Part shown: positions 26,570 to 36,356 of the stretch, piece by piece | Position numbering within the stretch: position 1 is the first letter of the stretch | How the letters are laid out: each line of letters begins with the position of its first letter | The notes under the pieces: model-generated | Databases searched by the model: none | Seen by the model: the letters and a program-made list of their open reading frames with translations, nothing else | Told to the model about the DNA's origin: nothing | DNA from: Epiperipatus broadwayi | Taxonomy: Eukaryota > Animalia > Onychophora | Direction of reading: 5' to 3' | Assembly (NCBI GenBank): GCA_028023455.1 | Contig: JAQFVV010000004.1 | Coordinates: 18,104,001-18,168,000 of the forward strand | Length of the DNA: 64,000 nucleotides | Program-made: the position numbers and the translations under genes

Positions 26570-27262
26570 ATATATATATATTATCATTTATAGTTCTCCC
26601 ATTGCAGTGTATTTACTATTAAATATAAATAACAAAAACAGCTTAACTGAATTGTAAAAATATGTGTAAAATAGTGAAAGGTGTAGTTTGTAACCAATAC
26701 CTTTTATCACATTTAATGTATAAGCATATTCAGTGGAAATTATAAAACAAATATAGACTAATAGAAAGTTCAGAAGTGACAAGAGCTTGGGGGAGTATAT
26801 GGATTTCCTACTCTAGGATCTCCCACTCTATCATTGACCTAAACTACATAGGTCATTTAATATTTATAAAAATCATTAAAAAGTTTAAATTATATTATTA
26901 AAGTTTTTAAAAGAGAGAGATTGAGAGAGAGAGAAAAGATACAGCATTAAAACTTTCTTAGTTTCTTTTATCTTACTATGCAATATCGTGTATAATTTTT
27001 AATATATTTTTAATCATTCAAGAATATTTAATTGTTGATAATACCCAAGACGGTTCTAAAGTCAAGAACTGTATATATATATATAATATAATTTATTTGA
27101 TTTGACTTTACTTTCAATCAGAGTTAATAAGATTAACTGATAACTATTTTATCTATCAATTTGTTTTTTTATTTCTTTTGTATTCTATCTACTTAAATGC
27201 TAATCTTTGTAATTATCAACTGGAGATATAGTATTGAAAGATGAAGCAAGTTGATCGTTATT

Positions 27263-27359
27263 GTCAAGCGTTGGTGGTCTAGTGGTTAGCATAGCTGCCT
27301 TACAAGCAGCTGGCTCGAGCTTGCTTCCCGGTCAATGCATTTGACATATGAAAAAAAAA
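27263..27359 (+). mobile_element. tRNA-Gly-derived short SINE, copy S2 (anticodon position TAC)
   Basis: GTCAA + GCGTTGGTGGTCTAGTGGTTAGCATAGCTGC CTTACAA GCAGC...CCCGGTCAATGCA + TTTGACATATG + A run; degenerate TSD AAGTTGATCGTTATT / AAGTTGATAGATTATT; broken B box (CTTGCTT). Confidence 0.85.
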
Positions 27360-28026
27360 GTTGATAGATTATTTTCAAATAATATTATATATATTGCCTT
27401 AGGAAGATGTTTACATTAATAATTTTTTAATATTCGTAACTTTAAAAACGTATATAGAGTTTCATATTTCAATTGAATAAATATAATTCAATTAAATTTT
27501 TTATTTTACTTGGTGCATACTAAGTATAATACTGAATTATTTTTAGTATTTATTATTAGAGCAACATTTATTTAGAGCACGATTATAAAAGACCTTAAAT
27601 GAGACTGATTTGAAAATACTAAATTGGTGTTTTCTGTTACCTGTAAAAGAATGGATCTTCTAAGAACTATATAATAATGATATTTTCCATTTTTGGCCTT
27701 TTTGAAAGGTATTTTATATTTCATATCTAGCCAATCTATGCACAATGCATCATAATCTTATTTCTGACAAATAATTAATCTAATTAAATTAAGCAATAAT
27801 GTAATCTATAAAACTCGATAAAAACTCTGGTTTTTATTTAACATATGCATATCATCTCTTAAAATATATAGCTTCAGTAGAAATCCTCCAAAAAACCTTT
27901 TCTGTTATGGAAGACATCTCTGAAATATTTATCAGCTCATTCTTAACAATATTATTTTTACCCAAATAAACATTATTTTATCATAAAAATAACTTCTGGC
28001 ATTGCTAATAAAGTGTTTATATATAT

Positions 28027-28112
28027 ATATGTCAAAGCGTTGACCGGGAAGCGAACCCGGGACGGTTGCTTGGAAGGTAGCTATGTTAACCGCTAAGCCA
28101 CCAACGCTTGAC
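28027..28112 (-). mobile_element. tRNA-Gly-derived short SINE, copy S3 (anticodon TCC)
   Basis: tRNA-like body 28036-28107 close to metazoan tRNA-Gly(TCC), but with two anticodon-stem mismatches and T loop TTCGCTT; GTCAA leader, TTGACAT trailer, TA tail; TSD-like AAACGCTTTAATA / AAACACTTTATTA. Confidence 0.85.
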
Positions 28113-28237
28113 TATTAAAGCGTTTTTAAAATAAACTTTTAAATTAATTATAATGTTTGACTTTTTACTTTTACTACTTCTTTCTTTTTTGCATATTTAA
28201 TTTTCTTCAAGACAAGATCTATATAATTCATTATTTC

Positions 28238-28324
<87 letters not shown>
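28238..28324. repeat. (AAT)n microsatellite
   Basis: Uninterrupted AAT run. Confidence 0.99.
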
Positions 28325-28830
28325 GATAGTAACAGGTTTCACATAAATATTACTGATTAAAGTATTAAATAAGATTATTCATTATTACTGCTACATTATA
28401 ATATTTTTATTTTTTAATTAAGAGGGCAGCGTGCAATTTTATATTATTATTTCTAAATATATTACAACCCAAATAAATATAAAAATACATTGGAAAAACT
28501 TTGAAATATAACTTATATAAATTATATCAATGATCTTTCAGGATAGTTTTAAAAAATCCAGTCACCATAATTTTTTTTAAAATGTTTTTCATTGTTGGTA
28601 TTGGTGATATTATTAAATCCCCCCCCCCCCGTTGTTTTTCATATACAGAGATGCAATTATTAGTTATGACATTATAATTAAATATAGAAATTTTTAGGGG
28701 AACGCTATATAATATGGAAAAATTAATCCCGAATGAGTGGCAGACTTTAATTCCACTGACTGGGTCCTGATTTGTCACTTTCTGCGCACGAACGTCTTAG
28801 GAATTCCCGAACGATAAACCCATTCTTTTA

Positions 28831-28934
28831 CCCATATGTCATAGCATCGTCCGGGAGGCGAACCCACAACCGTCTGCAACCAACTACTTGCTTGCAAGGC
28901 GGCTGCGATGACCTCTCGGCTAACAACGCTTGAC
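28831..28934 (-). mobile_element. tRNA-Gly-derived short SINE, copy S4 (anticodon position TGC, ~14-nt internal insertion)
   Basis: GTCAA GCGTTGTTAGCCGAGAGGTC...GCCGC CTTGCAA GCAAG...GGGTTCGCCTCCCGGACGATGC TATGACATATG; 15-bp TSD with one mismatch (28816-28830, 28936-28950). Confidence 0.8.
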
Positions 28935-29228
28935 AAAACCTATTCTTTTATTTATTGAAAAAGTAATAAATGTCTGCTTTAGTTGGTAGACTAATTAAAA
29001 TCTTTAATAAAAAATTATTGTAAGCAAATAATTACATTATTTTCAAATTATACTTTGTAAACAACTTATACGAAATAAATCATTTTTAATAAATTAGATA
29101 AATAGGTAATCGTTTTTACCTGTTTAATGGTCAGTCCGCAGGATATAATATATCGAATCAATAAATGAAAATTATTACAAAGCAATTATCCAATTATTAT
29201 ATGTTTAAAAACTAGTATATGAGAGATT

Positions 29229-29284
29229 GTGACCTGGGCCAACTGATGAGTGCTGGTTCAGCACGAAATGCATCTTCGGGTTCA
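29229..29284 (+). ncRNA. Type I hammerhead ribozyme motif, family B, intact catalytic core
   Basis: CCAA CTGATGA GTGCTG-GTT-CAGCAC GAAA TGCA TC TTCGGG; 6-bp helix II, palindromic helix III ATGCAT, AUC cleavage triplet (cut after 29274); helix I imperfect (1-nt bulge). Confidence 0.8.
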
Positions 29285-30022
29285 GTTGTCTTTTATTATA
29301 TCTTTATTTATATAAATTTGAAAAGAATTGGGGAAGTATGGAGGTATTTATTATATCTATAGTATAAATTAATTAATGATTTATTATAAAGTTGCAAAAT
29401 ATTTGTAAGAATATATGTGTGTATGTGAGGCAATTATCATCATGTTTATATATATATATACGAGTATGTTGTGTGTTTTCTTGTATTAAATGGTTAATCA
29501 ATAAAAATCATATAAATTTATTTATCACGTATCGATTTGATAGTTTCCCTAGCTAAGTATCTAGAGAGTATGCAACTGGGTTATTTTGAATTACTTACTG
29601 CTCATGTGTTGCATTCTCTCTCTTCCGAGAGTGGCGTTATTTTCTATAACGACCTGTATAATTATTTATTCGTCCCAAATAAAACTTATATATATATGAA
29701 TAGTAAATTCAAGAGGTTTTTCTGACTTAAACTACGTCGGTTTCATGATTAGATGTCAGTTCCCGTTACAATATATATAAACAAAATAAACTAGAATAAC
29801 TCTACAAAATTAAAAATGCCTATATAAAATTAAAAAATAATTTATTTATTATACCCAGCTTAAGGCTTCGTCTGCCATCTTGAGTAGCAATCCATATATA
29901 TAAATATATCAGATCTGAATGCTTTGATAGTGCATTTGAAATATTATTACTCTACAGAAATAAAATTCCAAAGTCAATTTATTAAATTATTTAATTAAGT
30001 GTGAAACTTATTTATGTTAAAA

Positions 30023-30126
30023 TAATATAAGGGATTTGAACACAGATTTTCGAGCTTCCCTCAGCCATGAGATAGAATGGATGATTGAAGGGAGCTTGAA
30101 AGTCTGTGTTCAAATCCCCTATATTA
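30023..30126. repeat. Hairpin / MITE-like inverted repeat (41-bp arms, 22-nt spacer)
   Basis: Arms 30023-30063 and 30086-30126; in the inner 31 bp, three of four mismatches are G-U pairs on the + strand. Confidence 0.8.
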
Positions 30127-30634
30127 CATCAAGCTTCCAGGTATATAAATTATATCTGTATTTAAAATATTATATTAAAATATTAAATATACTAATTGCT
30201 TCTAACATAATATATATATATTTAAAGGATGCACATTTGCAAACATTTTGTTAATGTTTACGAAATATTTTTTTAAATTTTATTTATACTAAGATAGTTT
30301 TTTTTTTTTTTTGTCCGTAAGATGAAGACAACTTCTTTGACATAAAGATCTGCGTGGGCCAAGGCTGCCACCTACATGCCCGCATTTTTAAATAAGCTCT
30401 TAATTTAATATGATTACAATTTAGTACTTAAAAATCAAACATTTTTATATAAAGTACATCAATATGCGTAATAGTAAAAATAAAATTATCAAAATTTTAA
30501 CTGCTGATATTGAAGTGATAGAAATTATACAAACCTTGGTTGTGATTGAAAGTCTTTTCTAAAATATTGACTAACCCAGATAAGAAGAAATAACTTTTGT
30601 ATGTGTGAACGTATACAATCTATGTAATAACTTT

Positions 30635-30714
30635 CGAGAGGTCAGCGAGAGCTGCTTTACAAGCAGTTGTCCCGGGTTAGCTGATTTGCTTCCCGGCTGA
30701 TGCTATGACACATG
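30635..30714 (+). mobile_element. tRNA-Gly-derived short SINE, copy S5 (5'-truncated, anticodon position TAC, expanded T loop)
   Basis: CGAGAGGTCAGCGAGA GCTGC TTTACAA GCAGT TGTC CCGGG TTAGCTGATTTGCTT CCCGG CTGATGC TATGACACATG; closest to S1. Confidence 0.8.
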
Positions 30715-30880
30715 AGAGAACTTTCTGCCCTTTAAAAAATTGTTCCGTAGTTTTGTTTTCTCTTTTCATACCCCCCCCCCTCATTTTAAGCCAAGTTATT
30801 TTTTAAAAAAAATTAAAAAAATGCCGGAGATTGAAAATGAATTTGATTTAAGATTGCTTTTATTTATGTAAAGTGACCTC

Positions 30881-30950
30881 CGTGTTTTGGAGCAGTGGTA
30901 TAGTATCAGACTCTGGAGCAAAAGGTCTCCTAATCGAGTCCAGGTCTGGT
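30881..30950 (+). pseudogene. Degenerate tRNA-like / SINE head (Arg/Trp/Gln-like loop CTCTGGA)
   Basis: A-box-like TGGAGCAGTGG and B-box-like ATCGAGTCC; stems do not pair. Confidence 0.35.
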
Positions 30951-32832
30951 ATTTCTGGTTTCTCGAAGTTCTTACGAACTGTCAAGCAATGAAATCATTC
31001 AATTATTTATTTACTCATAAAATATTAAAAAAGTCTGTTTGTTTTTTTAAAAAAGTAAACTATTTATTAACACAAATAGTTTGAAGTTTTATTAAAGTCA
31101 AATACAACTTAAAGCGATTCCTAGATAAATTACCAGCTGATAAAAGTAGAGAAGGAAAGAACTGAATCTCATACTGACCAACTAAATGAAATTATGACAT
31201 TTTTAATCTTCTGATATTCATGTATTCATTTTACTTACGATAACTAAATTCAAAATAATTTTTTAACAAACTACATATATGTATTATGCATAAAATTAAC
31301 ATTGCAATGTTTGTTTTTATTTATCAATACGTATACTGCATGTACATAAGAGCTTTGAGATAACCGAGCTGAACTTAAGTTGTTAATTTTTAGTATTTGA
31401 AATATTTAGTTAGTAGTTTCAAAACCATTCCAACTAACTATCCGATATTAATCTGCAAATATCTAATTATTCTTAATTAGATGGTAATTAAGAAGAGAAA
31501 ACTGTTTCCACGTTCATTACCAGAAATTAGCAAGTCTGGCGAGGAGTACATTTCCCTTCACTATTTTTCTATGAGGAGCTGTTGGAATAGCCTTTACCTT
31601 TAATTTGTTGTTCACTGCAATATTTTATCTATTTTATAATATTATCAGGTTATTTAAATTAGTTTCACTTCACAACAACTGAGTATTGTATATATATATG
31701 TAATTAATCAAATTAATTCACAGCATTTCTAATTTATCCATCATAATCTCATAAGCAATTAGCCTAGTGAAGAGGCAACTGGTTAACTATCTTATTACAT
31801 TTATTAAAATAATCTCCAATCATCAGATAATGTAGAGATTTAAAGATCTGAATCTTTTCTCCAAAGATAGAGTCCAATTTTCTATTTAAATTCCCTTGAG
31901 TGTTCTAATGTGGATATAATCATCTCCACTCATTGTGAATGTTTATAATATATTAAATTAAGATTTAATATCATATATATATGATTCTGAAAATGTTTTT
32001 TTAAAGCCAACCAGTAAACAAAAATTTGGATTATTGTTTTTGCAAGAAGGATTTGGAGGTTTCGATATCTAGTTCACATGATAATTGTAGATTATTCCAA
32101 GAAATATATCTGTAGAGAGGAAGACTGATTTAATATCTTTATAATCTCATAAGGCATTGACTTAATAAAGTGCAAATCAGGAATGCTGCAAATTAATTTG
32201 ATTAGTTATATATTTTTCTCTTTGTTTAAATTGACTTCAACTTGAAAATTGGTAATGCTATATTGTATCTGTTTAGATACAGTTTCCGCCTTAAATTTCA
32301 ATACTGTTAACGGAATAGCCCATTCTGTTCTTATTTGTTTTTTCGCTTAACTAGTGAAAGAGTATTCTAGTTATGTTTCTATTTATCTACACATTTAGAG
32401 TTGTATTTGTTAATACATAAAATTTATTGATTTTTATTGTTTATTAATACAAAGTTGGTTAAAAATGAGATTTTATCTTTATTCTTTGTTTAACTAAATA
32501 TAATTTCAAAATTAGTAGTGCCATTGTAACCTGGTTTGAATATGATTTTCATTCTTAAATTTCAACATTATCAGAAAGTCAAGCAATAATTTATTAACCA
32601 TAAAAACTTTAAAAAATGGATATCGATTGATGGTTTTCTTGTAAAAAGAAGATTGTCATATGTACCTAATCACAATTAGTTGGTTATATATAGTGGGACA
32701 TTAGTGTACTTCCATTTACATATATTATACAAATTCAAAAAAAGTAATGGAATAAAAGAGAAAAGTGTCACTGTTCATAGTGAACCCAGACATATGGAAT
32801 GAAAAGAGGTATTCTAGTTCATCAAACATTAC

Positions 32833-33015
32833 ATGATCTAAGATCTATGTGTAGTGCTCTCAGATCCCAGGCTCCCCACTGATGAAAGCCACATGCTAGA
32901 AATTAGTTTGGGGATATTAGATGAGTAGGCAGTAGATAGGAACACAAATCTTTCTGCATCTATTGATTACTCTGACTTGCACTGAATGGTGCTACTGTAT
33001 GGAGAGTTTTGCCTC
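32833..33015 (+). mobile_element. HHR-containing repeat family A, copy A1 (HHR 32863-32922)
   Basis: TCCCCA CTGATGA A AGC-CACAT-GCT A GAAA TTAG TT TGGGGA; perfect 6-bp helix I, intact core, GUU triplet. Confidence 0.85.
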
Positions 33016-33598
33016 TGTGAACATATTCTAATTCTAATACTTTGTTTTCTATATTTATGATAGTAATCTTTGGAACAGTTTGTAGATATCTTCATAAGGC
33101 AGACATTCTATTGGGATAAAAAAGGTTTGTTGGTGGAGTTTTTAATTTAAAGAGGTTAAAAACTAAAGCGTAACTTTATCCTTTTGATGTTCAGGTTCAT
33201 ATTAAGCAGGTGATTGTGCTGTATTTTCTAATTCAAAAGATGATTCACAGAAAGTTCTTAATGTTTTACATTTGAGGGAATTAATATTTAAATAAATTCA
33301 TGATCTTTAACAGCAGTAGAAAAAAAATATTCAATAATTTACAGCTTGGATAATTATCATCTTCGGAGTAGATGCCAATTTCAAATATTTGGACAAATTT
33401 GTAAATAAAAGATGGGTGTGAAAGGCAAAACAGATTCTTAAGTGCATTTAACAAGATACAAATTTAAATGTTTTATCATGATAAAATAACTATTGTAATT
33501 AAATTAATAAGTAAATGGAATGAAATAGAGATTATATTGTTGTAACATAAAGACCCTAAAAAAGATTTATTTAAGGAAATTTGTAAGATTCTATTACA

Positions 33599-34171
33599 AT
33601 AACCTGGTGATATTGGATGAGTAGGCACCAGATGGGGATTTTAAGCACAAGCCTTCTGGCATCCATTGATTACTCTAGCTTGCTGTGTGTGGCAATACTT
33701 ATAGTGAGTTTTGCCTGTTTTAACAACAGTTATACACAAGCGTAAGAGGTGGTGGTCATATAATATTTATTGGCTTAAAACCAATCCTGCCTAATAGGAT
33801 AGTGATGGCTATGGTTTTTAAAGAACCACAGACATCAAAATGTATGGGTACTGAACTGGGTTCAGACCCATATGACTATATAAGCTAATGGGGTTGGATT
33901 AAAAATATTAAGGTATTTTCAGTTTAAGACTCAGTTTTGTAGTTAAGTGGAGATAAAGGTGGTTGCTAGACGGTTGCATTAGATCCTAAGATCTAGGTGC
34001 AGTGCTCTCAGATCCTAGACTCTTCACTGATAAAAGCCACAAGTCAGAAACTAATCTGGGATATTGGATGAGTAGGCACTAGATGTGGATTTTATGCACA
34101 AGCCTTCTGGCATCCATTTATTACTCTAGCTTGCTGTGTGCTGCAATATGTATAGTGAGTTTTGCCTGTTT
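33599..34171 (+). mobile_element. Family A retrozyme-like insertion (A2+A3): 452-nt unit plus ~120-nt terminal redundancy, 15-bp TSD
   Basis: TAAGATTCTATTACA at 33584-33598 and 34172-34186; 33599-33721 repeats 34051-34171; internal HHR 34021-34061 has core CTGATAA (G8A). Confidence 0.85.
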
Positions 34172-34188
34172 TAAGATTCTATTACATG

Positions 34189-34474
34189 AAAACAGGCAAA
34201 ACTCCCTATACATATTGCCACTCAGTGCAAGCCAGAGTAATCAATGAATTCCAGAAGGTGTGTGCCTAAAATCCCCATCTAGTGCCTACTCATCCAATAT
34301 CCTCAGACTAGTTTTTGGCTTGTGGCCTTCATCAGTGAGGAGACTTGGATCTGAGAGCACTGCACCTAAATCTTAGGATCTAATGCACCTCTCCAGCAGA
34401 CACTTTTTATCGTTACTTAACTAAAAAAACTATGAGACTTAAATTGAAAACATTATAACATTTTCAATCCAAGC
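34189..34474 (-). mobile_element. Family A copy A4 (HHR 34292-34351, G12A)
   Basis: Minus strand TCCTCA CTGATGA A GGC-CACAA-GCC A AAAA CTAG TC TGAGGA TA TTGGAT. Confidence 0.9.
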
Positions 34475-34475
34475 G

Positions 34476-34850
34476 TGTCTATATGACTATATAAGCGGAT
34501 GAGCTTGGATTGAAAATATTGTAATGTTTTCAATTTAAGTCTCATAGTTTTGTAGTTAAGTAGAGATAAAAGGTGGCTGCTGTAGGATTGCATTAACTAA
34601 GATCTAGGTGCAGTGCTATCAGATCCAAGACTCCTCACTGATGAAGGCCACAAGCCAAAAACTAGTCTGAAGATATTGGATGAGTAGGCCCTAGATGGGG
34701 ATTTTATGCACACACCTTCTGGAATCCATTGATTACTCTGGTTTGCTCTGAGTGGCAATACATATAGAGAGTTTTGCCTGTTTTATAACAGTTAAGCAAG
34801 CAAAAGAAATGGTAATCATGTGATTCTATTATATGACAGAATCATAAGAC
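34476..34850 (+). mobile_element. Family A copy A5 (HHR 34622-34681, G12A), head-to-head with A4
   Basis: TCCTCA CTGATGA A GGC-CACAA-GCC A AAAA CTAG TC TGAAGA; shares derived changes with A4; 3' continuation ACAGTTA..CAAGC...CATGTGAT. Confidence 0.9.
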
Positions 34851-35819
34851 CAATTATTTGGCTATCTCTTCACTTTGATGAATGTGATGCTACTGAACCA
34901 AAACAGATATACCTTACAATAATCAAAAGCATGCCTTCTTTAAATTGAAGACATGAAGCACATAGACAGATAACAGATGTTCTAAAAAATATTCGGATTA
35001 AATGCAATGTTGATTGCTTTTATAAAGTAAATAAACAGAGCTAACATCAGATAAAGTGATCCAAGTCTTTACAATAGTAATGATAGCTGAGAAAAAGTTA
35101 AAAGCAATATCGAATATGATTTCAAATAGGAAATTAAAGGAAGAGCATTTGTTACATCTAAAAGTATAATTTTGTCTGAATGCATATATTATATCTGCTT
35201 ATATTTGTGACTTATACGCTGTTTTGTATTATCATTGCAAAAATCATCTTAACATATTATTCTTCAGCTTTCTTTTTTACTTTGCTTTTGCAATTAGAAT
35301 GGCTACATTTTATTACAGTGATTGAGGTGTATTCCATAAATAAACTTCTCCTGAGTAGATGAATTAATAAATAGCATAAAAAGACTAAATAAATTATCAT
35401 TAATAACTTAATCATACATGGAAACTCCAGAATAAAATGAATTCTATCTGTAATTATTCATTCATCATTTTGATAAAATAAATAGAACTCATTTTTGCAG
35501 AACTAAACCTTATAAACAACTTATAATTATATTGTGGATTATTTGTTTAATAATTGAAACGTACTTTTGGTAAATGTTAAATACATTTAAGAAGAATTTT
35601 AATTTATATATACATCAATTTTAGAAATAAAGACTATATATATACAGTTAATTTAAAACACGTTTTTTTTAAATCAAAAACTGTAAATTATGAAATAAAT
35701 AAATTATGAAATAAAGGAATAAAAATGGATGTAAAATAGCTTGATATATTCAAGTACTTAGAAGCTAAAGAAATATATAATAACAATATAAAAAAAAATC
35801 AAAATAATACTGCATCGAT

Positions 35820-36356
35820 GTTCTCATATATATAATAAGTGTTATAAGGGTGGGATTCTACCCATATTGTTAAAAGGAGGTTACCTTGACAACAGTTAGA
35901 AGTTGTGGTTATTGTTGATTGTAATTGATATTGGGATTGTCTAAATGTTGACTGGTTTTTAATGATTACTTATAAACCCATTTAGCCTTGAGCATTATTA
36001 CACATATTATTCATGAATACTAAGAGAGAGAGACACTTATTATTTAAATAATACTTTGGGTGCAATTTAAAATTTATAATTGCAATTTGTAATGTTATAA
36101 TTGACTATTTATTAATCTGCATTCAGAATAGGTTTTATTTACCTGTTTAAAGAGGTTTATTTAAACTTCTTTGTATCAATAATTTCAATCTCTGCGTTCA
36201 AGTTGCAATCTTTAGTGTCTATATAAGTATATCAGACCATTAATAAGGATGGGATTCCACCTTTATTGTTGAAATGAGATTGCCTTGACAACAATTAGAA
36301 ATTGTTGATTGTCATTGATATTGGGATTGTTAAGTGTTGACTGTTTTTTAATGATA
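35820..36356 (+). repeat. Two direct copies of repeat family E (about 35820-35975 and 36235-36356)
   Basis: Shared ATAAGG.TGGGATTC.ACC...TT.CCTTGACAACA.TTAGAA...TTGATATTGGGATTGT...GTTGACTG.TTTTTAATGAT. Confidence 0.8.

Noticed and set aside
28036-28107. Functional tRNA-Gly(TCC) gene
   Set aside because: Two anticodon-stem mismatches, altered T loop, no oligo-T terminator, and TSD-like flanks; treated as a SINE copy, like the other five.
29855-29878. Minus-strand micro-exon MADEALSW in CAAGATGGC context
   Set aside because: Only 8 codons, weak GTATAA donor, and no linked exon identified.
31480-32400. Possible decayed Ty3/gypsy integrase region (minus strand, VYW...KK motif)
   Set aside because: Too many stops and frameshifts to support a call by eye.
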